DNA from: an uncultured Rhabdochlamydiaceae bacterium
Lineage (GTDB): Bacteria > Chlamydiota > Chlamydiia > Chlamydiales > Rhabdochlamydiaceae
Assembly (NCBI GenBank): GCA_963712275.1
Contig: CAVQHD010000001.1
Span: 384,001-448,000 of the forward strand
Direction of reading: 5' to 3'
Length of the DNA: 64,000 nt
Shown here: positions 9,186 through 19,224 of the stretch, one piece after another
How the letters are laid out: each line of letters starts with the position of its first letter
Position numbering within the stretch: the stretch's first letter is position 1
The notes under the pieces: model-generated
Databases searched by the model: none
What the model saw: the letters and a program-made list of their open reading frames with translations, nothing else
What the model was told of the DNA's origin: nothing
Program-made: the position numbers and the translations under genes

Positions 9186-10376
9186 CTATTCCTTGATACC
9201 TTGAAATCTGCTGTAAAACATCCATGAAACTGCAAAAGAGAAAAACGAAAATGATATCAAGTAAACCAATTCAAGCTTCAGCATGGTAAATAGCATTATA
9301 GCTATGGTTGCACATAAATATCCAAATGTATCTACTGAATCGGTTAACCCATATATCCGACCTTGCTCATGAACTTTTCGTTCTTTGGCCAACATAGATA
9401 AAAGAGCCGGTGATAAAAAAGCATTACCTAACGCATGGAAAAAATAGCATACCCGTAGAAGAAAAGTCTGATCTCCAACTATCTTGAATAAAATAAAATA
9501 TGGAACAAGAGATAAAAAAGATATATAGTATCCAGCTTTTATCACACTGGCATCTTTAATCCTACAGCAGAACATTAAAATAAAAACACCAAATAAATAG
9601 CCATACATCATTGATTCAGCAATATGTGTGGCTTTATTAAGCTGAAAATCAACTTGTGATAGAAGAATACTGTAAAGAGATGTTTCCCAGAAAAAAAAAG
9701 CTGCTAAGGCTTTCACAGTAGGAATATGCTTTAAATCTCTCGCAAGCAACCTGGCCTCATTTTTGAGTACAGATATGGCTGAACGACTATTGCTTAAATG
9801 AAAATTTTCTCCTTCTTTATCTTCAGGACTACCAAGCAAATTAACACAAAATATAATTACAATAAAAAACAAAATTAAATAAACATTAATTTTTTCATTC
9901 AACATCTTTTCCGAAAATATTTCTACAGCTGAGGCAAGAACTAAATAAGCTAACGCATAAGCAGCTGTCGAAAAAGCAAATAATAATCTGTAATTTTTAT
10001 CGCGCGTGTCAGCTATTACCGCAAGAGATATAGGCAAAGTATTACCAAAAACTCCCTTTGAAATTGTTGCTATAATTAATATTGAAAAATAACTAAATTT
10101 AAGATTAAAAATATAAACAAATAAAAGACTCAAAAGAGAGAACGATAATGAGACAATTAAGCTTCTTTTTCTACCAAAAAGATCCGAAAGCCCTGATTGA
10201 ATTGGCGCAAAAAGAATTTGCATTATTACAAAACTTAAGAAGAAAGCAAATGCTATAACATTTGATTGCTCATTATAAATGATGCCTATAAAATTCTCAC
10301 AAACTATATCAGCAAAAATGAACGTAAAGATAAGGAATATTATTAAAACCTTTCGATTGTTATAGATATTCTTCAC
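9186..10376 (-). CDS. MFS transporter (DHA1/TetA-like exporter)
   Basis: Motif A SGLSDLFGRKR and about 12 hydrophobic segments. Likely start is GTG 10376 overlapping the upstream TGA (the ORF track extends to 10469). Confidence 0.88.
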   Translation of the reverse strand: MKNIYNNRKVLIIFLIFTFIFADIVCENFIGIIYNEQSNVIAFAFFLSFVIMQILFAPIQSGLSDLFGRKRSLIVSLSFSLLSLLFVYIFNLKFSYFSILIIATISKGVFGNTLPISLAVIADTRDKNYRLLFAFSTAAYALAYLVLASAVEIFSEKMLNEKINVYLILFFIVIIFCVNLLGSPEDKEGENFHLSNSRSAISVLKNEARLLARDLKHIPTVKALAAFFFWETSLYSILLSQVDFQLNKATHIAESMMYGYLFGVFILMFCCRIKDASVIKAGYYISFLSLVPYFILFKIVGDQTFLLRVCYFFHALGNAFLSPALLSMLAKERKVHEQGRIYGLTDSVDTFGYLCATIAIMLFTMLKLELVYLISFSFFSFAVSWMFYSRFQGIKE

Positions 10377-11965
10377 AATGGAATTTCTCCAGTAATCTTT
10401 TCTACTTCTTTCAAAAGACGCCCTGATTTGACCAATTTTGCAAGTCCTTCCAAATAATCGGTTAAACACTGATCTGAAGTCAAATAAGGCACTATTTCTC
10501 GAGTAATTTCTAAAGCACGTTTTGTTGCCATTCCTAAAAGGTTGGCGTTTCGAAATTCAGCAGCTTGTGCACTGCACAGAAGTTCAAATGCAACAATATA
10601 TGAAGTATTGTCGTAAAGTTCTTTTGCTCGTCGGGCTGCGACTAATCCTAGTGATACGATATCTTGAAAATCTCCCGTAGAAGTCAGCGATTGCGTTGAC
10701 ACGGGATGGCATAAAGAGCGGTTCTCTGCGGTCAAAGAAGTTGCCATGAATTGCCCTCCCATTAACCCTAACCTAAGCCCAGGGCTTTCACTACAGAGAA
10801 AAGCGGGAAGACCATTACTATGATGTTTATCCATAAAACGATCAATACGCCGATCGGATAAATTAGACAAAGTTGTCAATGAAATTCCTAGATAATCCAT
10901 AGCCATAGAGATGTATTGTCCATGAAAATGACCGTTGTGAAAAACTTCCTTACAATCACAGAGAATCAATGGATTATCATTACTTGAGTTAAGCTCACTT
11001 GTAACGATAGACTTTATCCATTTGAGGGTATCTCTTATAGGGCCCAAAATATGAGGAGTACACCGAATAGAATAAGAATCCTCTATTGAGACTTCTGTCG
11101 AAGTTGGAGTTGAAGAAAAACTTTCCCTTAACTGCTTCTCTACATCTGCTTCATCTACAACCATTCTACTATCTTTTAGAAGAGCCCAAATGTTTTCCGC
11201 TGTTCTTAACTGTCCTGCATGAGGCTTCTGTTGATGTACAATTGGATTAAATGGCTTTTTTTTCGCTTTAAGCCCTTCAAAGGCTAGACACGAAATAATA
11301 TCATATGTTTTTATTAGAACGGTTGATTGCTCTACAAGCAAGGAAGCTAGGCCCACCATTGTAGAAGTTCCATTAATCAAGCTTAATCCTTCTTTAAATG
11401 TAAGCTTCATTGGCTCGATCCCAACCATTTTTAAGACTTTATCTCCAGGAAAAACCTGATCTTTATATTTTGCTTTCCACTTTCCAGTAGCAACCAGTGC
11501 AATATAAGCCAAAGGGCCCAAATCTCCGCTAGCACCCAGCGATCCTTTTGATGGAACGCAGGGAATAATACCCGCATTGTAAATTGCTAATAGTTTATTA
11601 AAATTTTCCAGGGAAATCGCTGAAGTTCCTCGAGCAAGAGAATTCAACCGTGCTAAAATACTAGCTCTTACAATATTGTCATCCAAATGCGGACCAACAT
11701 TTGTGGCAACAGCAGCAATTAAGTTTTGTTGCAATTCCTGAGCATATTGTGTTGGGATGAGCCAGTTGACGAACCCTCCCAAGCTTGTATTGACACCATA
11801 GATAACCCTCCCATCATTAACAAATTTTTTCATCAATTGATGGGAGGCTTCTATACGAGCAGCAACCTCTTGCGTGATCAAAATTTTTTGTTCTATGTTT
11901 TCAACAGCTTGAAAAACGTCCTGAGTAGATAAAGAATTCCCATTTAAAAACAAGCGTCCTCGCAT
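10373..11965 (-). CDS. MIO-dependent aromatic amino acid aminomutase/ammonia-lyase, AdmH/EncP (phenylalanine) subtype
   Basis: MIO motif GSLGASGDLGPL. YGVNTSLGGFVN, NLIAAVATNVG, YSIRCTPHILG, FHNGHFHGQY and GLRLGLMGGQF match my recollection of Pantoea AdmH rather than HutH. Confidence 0.9.
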   Translation of the reverse strand: MRGRLFLNGNSLSTQDVFQAVENIEQKILITQEVAARIEASHQLMKKFVNDGRVIYGVNTSLGGFVNWLIPTQYAQELQQNLIAAVATNVGPHLDDNIVRASILARLNSLARGTSAISLENFNKLLAIYNAGIIPCVPSKGSLGASGDLGPLAYIALVATGKWKAKYKDQVFPGDKVLKMVGIEPMKLTFKEGLSLINGTSTMVGLASLLVEQSTVLIKTYDIISCLAFEGLKAKKKPFNPIVHQQKPHAGQLRTAENIWALLKDSRMVVDEADVEKQLRESFSSTPTSTEVSIEDSYSIRCTPHILGPIRDTLKWIKSIVTSELNSSNDNPLILCDCKEVFHNGHFHGQYISMAMDYLGISLTTLSNLSDRRIDRFMDKHHSNGLPAFLCSESPGLRLGLMGGQFMATSLTAENRSLCHPVSTQSLTSTGDFQDIVSLGLVAARRAKELYDNTSYIVAFELLCSAQAAEFRNANLLGMATKRALEITREIVPYLTSDQCLTDYLEGLAKLVKSGRLLKEVEKITGEIPL

Positions 11966-12345
11966 TGGCTAAAAGAGTGCTGTAGCATATTAGCCAAAAA
12001 ATACCAACCAATACGAAGAGCTATATATGGGAAGCAATGACTAATCGAATCGGAGCGAAGTTCTCTCTTTAGTTTTTCTAAGATGAGTATTTCTCGGGAA
12101 GATTTTTTTACCATAGACTTTCCTAGTTTAAAATCAAAAAAAGAATAACCAAAAGGCTGCTTATTTTTCTATCTCTTCGTATCCAATAAAAAAACAACTT
12201 AAGGCAAAAACTCGCCAAAATACAACCATAATTCGTTAGCAATCAATCGATAATGCATATAAAACAGATTAGCGAGCCTCAAAAAACCTTATCTCATTTT
12301 CTAGATTGGAACAAGGTTAGACTTTCTTGCCTGATCCAAAGCTTC

Positions 12346-12647
12346 TTATTTTTCTTCTTCCCAAAGGCCTTCTGTCCTAATGCCGGTAAATTTATCCCAT
12401 GCTCTGCAATAACCTATGGCATTTTCTCCCAGATATTTAGCGAATTTACTGAAATTAAGTTCATCGGGATCTTTGCTCATCAAATATTCTAAAAATGATG
12501 TTGCTATTGCATTTTGCACTGATTCATTGCCATTGCAGAGCAAAAACTCAACGAAATCGAAAATTTTTTTGATTTCAACCTCGTCATCGGACTTTATCGT
12601 ATCTATAGCATATTCCTCAAAAGGCATCATCTGAATATTCAGCCCTA
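12346..12647 (-). pseudogene. 5'-truncated small acidic helical protein (immunity-protein-like), cut by IS630
   Basis: EIKKIFDFVEFLLCNGNESVQNAIATSFLEYL; the ORF start lies inside the IS630 left IR. Confidence 0.5.
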
Positions 12648-12648
12648 T

Positions 12649-14063
12649 GTACCAGACCAAAAAAGTCTTGAGGAGTGAAATCGGGTTACGCTACCGCGCT
12701 GCTGGTTTGTTTTGCCGCCGTCTCCAAGAGCTTGGGATTGCAGGTGACCCCTCTAAAAAAAATCTTGAGAAGCGCATGCGTTTCACAGTACACTGCTACG
12801 ATCACAGGCGTTCCCCTTATTTGATTTGCCGTAAAAAGTCTTGAGGAGTGCGCAAATAATTAAGTGTAAGCATAGCGTGAAAAAATACACTGTAAAATTG
12901 ACAGATGAAGAGAGACTTGAGCTGCACAATCTGTGTTCTTCAGGAAAGCGGGCTTCCAGAAAAATTAGAAAAGCCAACATTTTACTTCAAGCCGACAAAG
13001 GTTTTTCTGACGACGAAATTTCAAATAACCTTTGCGTAGGGCATGCCACCATCGAGCGCACTCGACGACGCTTTGTCGAAGGAAATTTGGCATATGCATT
13101 AGATGATTTTTCTCGTGCTGGCCGCCCGAAAAAATTTGATGGAATTCAAGAGGCAGCACTTGTTGCCCTCGCGTGTACGACCCCTCCTCAAGGCCGATGT
13201 ACCTGGACAGCAGAATTACTTGCCGAGCAAATGATTCATTTGGGGGTCGTTGAAGTCATTTCACCTGAAAGCGTGCGATTGATCTTGAAAAGGAACGACT
13301 TAAAACCGTGGCAAAAACAGGAGTGGTGCATTCCAAAAATTGATGCCGAATATGTGTGGCGGATGGAAGAAATCCTCGAGCTTTACGGAGATCCCTTCGA
13401 TGTGGACCGTCCTGTGGTCTGTTTTGATGAAAAGCCATGTCAGTTAATTGCAGAAAGCCGTCCTTCCATTCCTATGAAGCCCGGGCAGCTTTTAAAAAGA
13501 GACTACGAGTATGAACGTAGAGGAACAGCGAATCTTTTCATGTTTGTACAGCCTTTAGACGGATGGCGACATGTCACAGTCACTGAGCATAGGACAAAAC
13601 ACGACTTTGCGGAGTGCATGATTGACTTGGCTACTGTTCATTTTCCCAAAGCTGAAAAAATCAGCATCGTCATGGATAACCTTAACACGCATTCACCAGC
13701 AACACTTTATGAATATTTACCTCCTGCTGAAGCAAGGAGACTTGTCAAAAGGCTCGACTTTCAATATACCCCCAAGCATGCAAGCTGGTTAAATATGGCC
13801 GAGATAGAGATATCGGTGCTAAACAAAGAGTGTTTGAATAATCGCTATCTTCCCACAATGGAAGTGCTCAAGAGCGAAGTACTGGCATGGGAACAACAAA
13901 GAAATTTGAGAAGAGCTAAGGTGAACTGGATGTTTGCTATTGAAGATGCGCGCAAAAAGAGGGGTCACCTGCAATCCCAAGCTCTTGGAGACGGCGGCAA
14001 AACAAACCAGCAGCGCGGTAGCGTAACCCGATTTCACTCCTCAAGACTTTTTTGGTCTGGTAC
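12649..14063 (+). mobile_element. IS630-family element with 106-bp perfect terminal inverted repeats
   Basis: 12649-12754 is the exact reverse complement of 13958-14063; TA dinucleotides lie at or next to both ends. Confidence 0.85.
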
Positions 14064-14082
14064 TAGGACCACAATTGTCTAA
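12877..14082 (+). CDS. IS630-family transposase
   Basis: HTH region plus DDE motifs VVCFDEKP, VMDNLNTH, TPKHASWLNMAEIE. Start uncertain (GTG 12877 chosen; the track gives 12841). The C-terminus reads through the right IR. Confidence 0.92.
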   Translation: MKKYTVKLTDEERLELHNLCSSGKRASRKIRKANILLQADKGFSDDEISNNLCVGHATIERTRRRFVEGNLAYALDDFSRAGRPKKFDGIQEAALVALACTTPPQGRCTWTAELLAEQMIHLGVVEVISPESVRLILKRNDLKPWQKQEWCIPKIDAEYVWRMEEILELYGDPFDVDRPVVCFDEKPCQLIAESRPSIPMKPGQLLKRDYEYERRGTANLFMFVQPLDGWRHVTVTEHRTKHDFAECMIDLATVHFPKAEKISIVMDNLNTHSPATLYEYLPPAEARRLVKRLDFQYTPKHASWLNMAEIEISVLNKECLNNRYLPTMEVLKSEVLAWEQQRNLRRAKVNWMFAIEDARKKRGHLQSQALGDGGKTNQQRGSVTRFHSSRLFWSGTRTTIV

Positions 14083-14301
14083 AAAAATAAATTTTAAAAT
14101 AATTTATTCTTTTGTTTATTATAATTATTAATATCTAATTAAAAATTATTTTTATATTGATTAAATTGTTATAATTAAATATAATCATTTTCATGATTAT
14201 TCCATATCATTTAAGCAATACACTTTCCTGGTGGAAAAGCGAAATCAAAGCTCATTGGCGAGATCACATTGGCTCAGCTTCAGCTTTGCTCGCAATTACT
14301 A

Positions 14302-15876
14302 GAGGGAATTGCAAAACTAGAAACGAAAAAGTGATTTTTCGGGGATAGTGAATGCAAACCGGTTGGCAGGCCCCGAAAAATCACTTTTTCGATTCCAGTC
14401 TCGTAATTTTAGATGTTTTATCCAAAAAATCTTCACTGTGAGAACAAGCGGGAGCCCATTTGATCATTGGCCAGAAGACTTTTTCACCCTACAGCAAGAT
14501 TACGTGACCAATTTCATCAATTGGTCGGCTGTCAATACCAACACGCCAAACATAAGATGGCACGCAACCTTACTAAGTCCGCGCACCCTGAGTTTGCAAG
14601 CACCAAATTCGTCTTTCAGACGAGAATTGGTTCGTTCCGCAGCTGTCCTTTCATTATAACGCAGTGTTTCTGGGAAAATTAAATTCAGAGTTCTTCTTGC
14701 AAGACTTTCCGCTTCAAGGTCTTTTTTGAGCTGTTTGTCTGCTCTTGGATTCTTATCGATTAGGGGCTTGTGTCCGAGAGATTGGCTATGTGCGATAATA
14801 CCTGGGATGTCGTAAGCGGCATCCATGAGGTCATAGCAGTTGATGATTCTCGTGGCAGTTAAAGTGGCCAGAGGAATTGCAACCTGACTGTCATGAACTG
14901 AAGCTGAAGTAACAATAGCGCTGACAGGGATGCCTCCGTCAATGGTATCTAAATGTAACTTGTAGCCAGTCCAGTACATTGTATTACCTTTGCTGTCTTT
15001 TTTAGCACCTTTGTCGCATGCTGTCGGTAAATCAGCCAGCATTTCTTCTAGCGTCATCGTTTTTTGTCTGTCTATGCGCGTAGGTTCGGGTTTGGCTCGT
15101 TTTTGGCCTTTTTTAGGGCGACCTTTTTTCTTTGGCTCCAATTCCTGATCCGGATCTTCACTGTTTTGCGTTGCCTTGTTCTTAGTTTTGGTTTGCGGCC
15201 GTTCTCGAGCCTCGATTGCGGTTGAATCGCGTGAATTATGCAAAACGACTTCGTTTTTCAATGTCTTTACAATCAGCGCCTCATGTGCGCGCTGAGGAAG
15301 CCCTGTTTTAGCAAACTCAGTGAAGGCTCTAGAAAAAGTAGCCTCACTAGGCAGTTCAGACAGAGATTCCCACCCACAAATACGTCGTAGGTTTTTATCG
15401 CTTTTCAAGCGATCAATCAAAAATGTTGTCGTATCGAGATTGTATACCATTTTAACAACGAATGATCTGGCAATTGCTGAACGTGTTTTTTGTGGGCGGC
15501 CCTCACATCCGTAATAGCAAGGAAGAAAGTCTTCGATGCGTACCACTTCCAAAATAGAAACCAATTGTTGCTGCTTTTCTGTCAGTGGATCGAGCTCTTC
15601 TTCTAACCAAGCGAAAAGAGAGCCTTGAATTTTTTCCCAATATTTTGATAAAGTGTCTGTCAGCTGACCCACGTGGTTTGCTCCTTGCTCTGATGTGATT
15701 GTTTGTCAGAAAGCTAATTATATCAGACGCAAGGTGTTTGTTAAAAGTGACTTGTGGTTGAAAATCGCAACGCTATTACAGAAATGACGAAAGGGAAGAC
15801 TTTTTCGGAGTTGCTGTAGGTTTTGCTAAAACGGACCCGAAAAAGTCTTCCCTTTCGTTAGTTTTGCAATTCCCTC
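14302..15876 (-). mobile_element. DDE insertion sequence (IS5/IS1182-like), copy 1, 1575 bp
   Basis: 18-bp perfect IR GAGGGAATTGCAAAACTA; 4-bp target duplication ACTA (14298-14301 / 15877-15880). Confidence 0.93.
14500..15672 (-). CDS. DDE transposase (DUF772 + DDE_Tnp_1-like)
   Basis: PSEATFSRAF, SRDSTAIEARE, WTGYKLHLD, LMDAAYD, YNERTAAERTNSRLK. Confidence 0.9.
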   Translation of the reverse strand: MGQLTDTLSKYWEKIQGSLFAWLEEELDPLTEKQQQLVSILEVVRIEDFLPCYYGCEGRPQKTRSAIARSFVVKMVYNLDTTTFLIDRLKSDKNLRRICGWESLSELPSEATFSRAFTEFAKTGLPQRAHEALIVKTLKNEVVLHNSRDSTAIEARERPQTKTKNKATQNSEDPDQELEPKKKGRPKKGQKRAKPEPTRIDRQKTMTLEEMLADLPTACDKGAKKDSKGNTMYWTGYKLHLDTIDGGIPVSAIVTSASVHDSQVAIPLATLTATRIINCYDLMDAAYDIPGIIAHSQSLGHKPLIDKNPRADKQLKKDLEAESLARRTLNLIFPETLRYNERTAAERTNSRLKDEFGACKLRVRGLSKVACHLMFGVLVLTADQLMKLVT

Positions 15877-17649
15877 ACTAATATAGTACATAGAGTAGGT
15901 GGCAAGTACGCTTCTTCCGCTTTTATGACAGCCTCCATTGTCAATTATCCCTCTCTCATGGGGCGTGTAAAAGCTTCATGTTCGATAGAGCCCCATATAA
16001 CATCTCAAATTGCCGCTATTGCTAGTATCCCTGTAATCTATTTTTTACAGACGGATTTCTGTGCAAGGTTATTTAACTATCCTGCAAGAGATTCAGCCCA
16101 ACAATTTTCAGGACTTCAGTTAGTGAGTACTATAGTGCTGGTGGCCTCCTCTATATTCTATGCCTCCAGACCGATCCTTCAGCTAACGGGCACTATAGCA
16201 TCAGTGTTTTCTTCTATGTGCTACATTCCAAGCCAACTCTACACATTTTCAAGAAATTTTTTTTCTGGATCTGGGAATTTTCTTGAATCAACTCATCAAA
16301 ATGCTAGAGGAACCAGAGATAATGATAAATTACAAACGGCTGTGGAAAAAGCTGAAGAACAACTTGAAAATCTTCAAAGAGACCTTAATGCTCGAAAAGA
16401 TAAAATCCTAGAACAAGCCCAACATCGGGAGAACTTAGTTCAAGGTCTAGAAGATCAGGTGGATTCAATAACAATGATGTTTGAAAATATGTTATCCACC
16501 TCAGATTCTCCCCCAATTTACGTATTAGAACTTGATCAATTTTCGCAAGCGATTGATCTCGAGAAACTCGATTCAACACTGAATGAGCTTACATTAGAAT
16601 TTGAAGAAATCTCATCAATCTATGGCGAGCAGATCCTTCTTCTTCCTCAACTTATTGAGGATATAAAAGATGCAAAGAAAAAACTTAAAATTGTTAAAAA
16701 TCTGTCAGAAAAAACTCTTCAAGAACATAAGGATCTTTTAGATGAGATAAGTCTCTTGGAAAAACTAATTATCCAAGAAGAAAATGCTCAGAGAGGATTG
16801 CTTCGGCAAACGGAAGAACTAATATACATAGAACATCCAACAAAAGAATCTATTAGCTCCGATGTTAAAATCTTAAGCTGTGAAATATTAACAAACCAAA
16901 ACAATTCTACTCAGAAAGCTAGAGAAGAATCTTTCAACAAATCAGGAATAAGCAATTCGCTTAAAATTCATTTTACAACATTATATAAAAATATATTAGA
17001 AAAAAAAGATGATCTTACAAATTTGGAAGAAGTGAAAAATCGCATATGTGAAGCTCTTTCAAGAATAGAAAAAAACAGACAAGAAAACTCCCAGCTATTC
17101 GACTGTCTAAAAAAGACCACCGCTTCTTCCACTTCGTTATCATACATAAATGAATGCCCTAAAGATCAAATAGAAACAACATTTACATTCTTATTGAAAA
17201 TTGTCTCTTTCTTAACAGATGTAAGAAAAATAGAATCTCTAGATCGCGCTCGTTTCTGGGCATTATCTTTAAAAAACCAAACCAGGGAACTCGAATCCGA
17301 AAAAGTCGAACTAGACAGTAAAATCGATTCCTTGAGACCCCTCCTTAAAAAATTGCGAATGCTTTTGGAAGAACGCCAAAAAAAAACATTGGATTTACAA
17401 GATCTTCTTAAAGAAGGTCAGGAAAAAGCACTTAGTAAATCCTGATGAGATCAAACCACTGATAATTCATGTCTATCCTCGTTAAATACTCCGTTTGTCC
17501 CAACGAATCTTCCCTTACTCCTTGAACAGCTCCTTCGCAATACTTTCACTCTTCAAAATCATGGCCCCATGAATTTTTACTAATACCCCACCCTCCTACG
17601 TTATCGTCATCGTAGGCAATTATTTTATCCAAACTTAGCAGAATTAATA

Positions 17650-19224
17650 GAGGGAATTGCAAAACTAGAAACGAAAAAGTGATTTTTCGGGGATAGTGAA
17701 TGCAAACCGGTTGGCAGGCCCCGAAAAATCACTTTTTCGATTCCAGTCTCGTAATTTTAGATGTTTTATCCAAAAAATCTTCACTGTGAGAACAAGCGGG
17801 AGCCCATTTGATCATTGGCCAGAAGACTTTTTCACCCTACAGCAAGATTACGTGACCAATTTCATCAATTGGTCGGCTGTCAATACCAACACGCCAAACA
17901 TAAGATGGCACGCAACCTTACTAAGTCCGCGCACCCTGAGTTTGCAAGCACCAAATTCGTCTTTCAGACGAGAATTGGTTCGTTCCGCAGCTGTCCTTTC
18001 ATTATAACGCAGTGTTTCTGGGAAAATTAAATTCAGAGTTCTTCTTGCAAGACTTTCCGCTTCAAGGTCTTTTTTGAGCTGTTTGTCTGCTCTTGGATTC
18101 TTATCGATTAGGGGCTTGTGTCCGAGAGATTGGCTATGTGCGATAATACCTGGGATGTCGTAAGCGGCATCCATGAGGTCATAGCAGTTGATGATTCTCG
18201 TGGCAGTTAAAGTGGCCAGAGGAATTGCAACCTGACTGTCATGAACTGAAGCTGAAGTAACAATAGCGCTGACAGGGATGCCTCCGTCAATGGTATCTAA
18301 ATGTAACTTGTAGCCAGTCCAGTACATTGTATTACCTTTGCTGTCTTTTTTAGCACCTTTGTCGCATGCTGTCGGTAAATCAGCCAGCATTTCTTCTAGC
18401 GTCATCGTTTTTTGTCTGTCTATGCGCGTAGGTTCGGGTTTGGCTCGTTTTTGGCCTTTTTTAGGGCGACCTTTTTTCTTTGGCTCCAATTCCTGATCCG
18501 GATCTTCACTGTTTTGCGTTGCCTTGTTCTTAGTTTTGGTTTGCGGCCGTTCTCGAGCCTCGATTGCGGTTGAATCGCGTGAATTATGCAAAACGACTTC
18601 GTTTTTCAATGTCTTTACAATCAGCGCCTCATGTGCGCGCTGAGGAAGCCCTGTTTTAGCAAACTCAGTGAAGGCTCTAGAAAAAGTAGCCTCACTAGGC
18701 AGTTCAGACAGAGATTCCCACCCACAAATACGTCGTAGGTTTTTATCGCTTTTCAAGCGATCAATCAAAAATGTTGTCGTATCGAGATTGTATACCATTT
18801 TAACAACGAATGATCTGGCAATTGCTGAACGTGTTTTTTGTGGGCGGCCCTCACATCCGTAATAGCAAGGAAGAAAGTCTTCGATGCGTACCACTTCCAA
18901 AATAGAAACCAATTGTTGCTGCTTTTCTGTCAGTGGATCGAGCTCTTCTTCTAACCAAGCGAAAAGAGAGCCTTGAATTTTTTCCCAATATTTTGATAAA
19001 GTGTCTGTCAGCTGACCCACGTGGTTTGCTCCTTGCTCTGATGTGATTGTTTGTCAGAAAGCTAATTATATCAGACGCAAGGTGTTTGTTAAAAGTGACT
19101 TGTGGTTGAAAATCGCAACGCTATTACAGAAATGACGAAAGGGAAGACTTTTTCGGAGTTGCTGTAGGTTTTGCTAAAACGGACCCGAAAAAGTCTTCCC
19201 TTTCGTTAGTTTTGCAATTCCCTC
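17650..19224 (-). mobile_element. DDE insertion sequence, copy 2 (apparently identical to copy 1)
   Basis: Same IRs and sequence at offset +3348; flanks AATA / AAGT, so no target duplication. Confidence 0.93.
17848..19020 (-). CDS. DDE transposase, identical protein to 14500..15672
   Basis: Identical 390 aa translation. Confidence 0.9.
   Translation of the reverse strand: MGQLTDTLSKYWEKIQGSLFAWLEEELDPLTEKQQQLVSILEVVRIEDFLPCYYGCEGRPQKTRSAIARSFVVKMVYNLDTTTFLIDRLKSDKNLRRICGWESLSELPSEATFSRAFTEFAKTGLPQRAHEALIVKTLKNEVVLHNSRDSTAIEARERPQTKTKNKATQNSEDPDQELEPKKKGRPKKGQKRAKPEPTRIDRQKTMTLEEMLADLPTACDKGAKKDSKGNTMYWTGYKLHLDTIDGGIPVSAIVTSASVHDSQVAIPLATLTATRIINCYDLMDAAYDIPGIIAHSQSLGHKPLIDKNPRADKQLKKDLEAESLARRTLNLIFPETLRYNERTAAERTNSRLKDEFGACKLRVRGLSKVACHLMFGVLVLTADQLMKLVT

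Larger units (their letters stand above)
14193..17445 (+). pseudogene. Membrane/coiled-coil (Inc-like) gene interrupted by an IS
   Basis: ATG 14193 (MIIPYHLSN...LLAIT) joins in frame to 15881-17445 when the IS and one ACTA copy are removed. The 3' part (ORF 15925..17445) has hydrophobic segments and a long coiled coil. Confidence 0.8.

Noticed and set aside
10373..11965. Housekeeping histidine ammonia-lyase (hutH)
   Set aside because: No hutU/I/G nearby, and the signature segments fit the AdmH/EncP subtype in a biosynthetic-type operon.
11944..12114. 56-codon minus-strand ORF upstream of the MIO gene as a carrier protein or leader peptide
   Set aside because: No GxDS-type phosphopantetheine motif and no other support; it may be chance.
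14302..19224. Composite transposon formed by the two identical IS copies
   Set aside because: Copy 1 has its own ACTA duplication and splits a gene in frame; the outer flanks (ACTA / AAGT) do not match.
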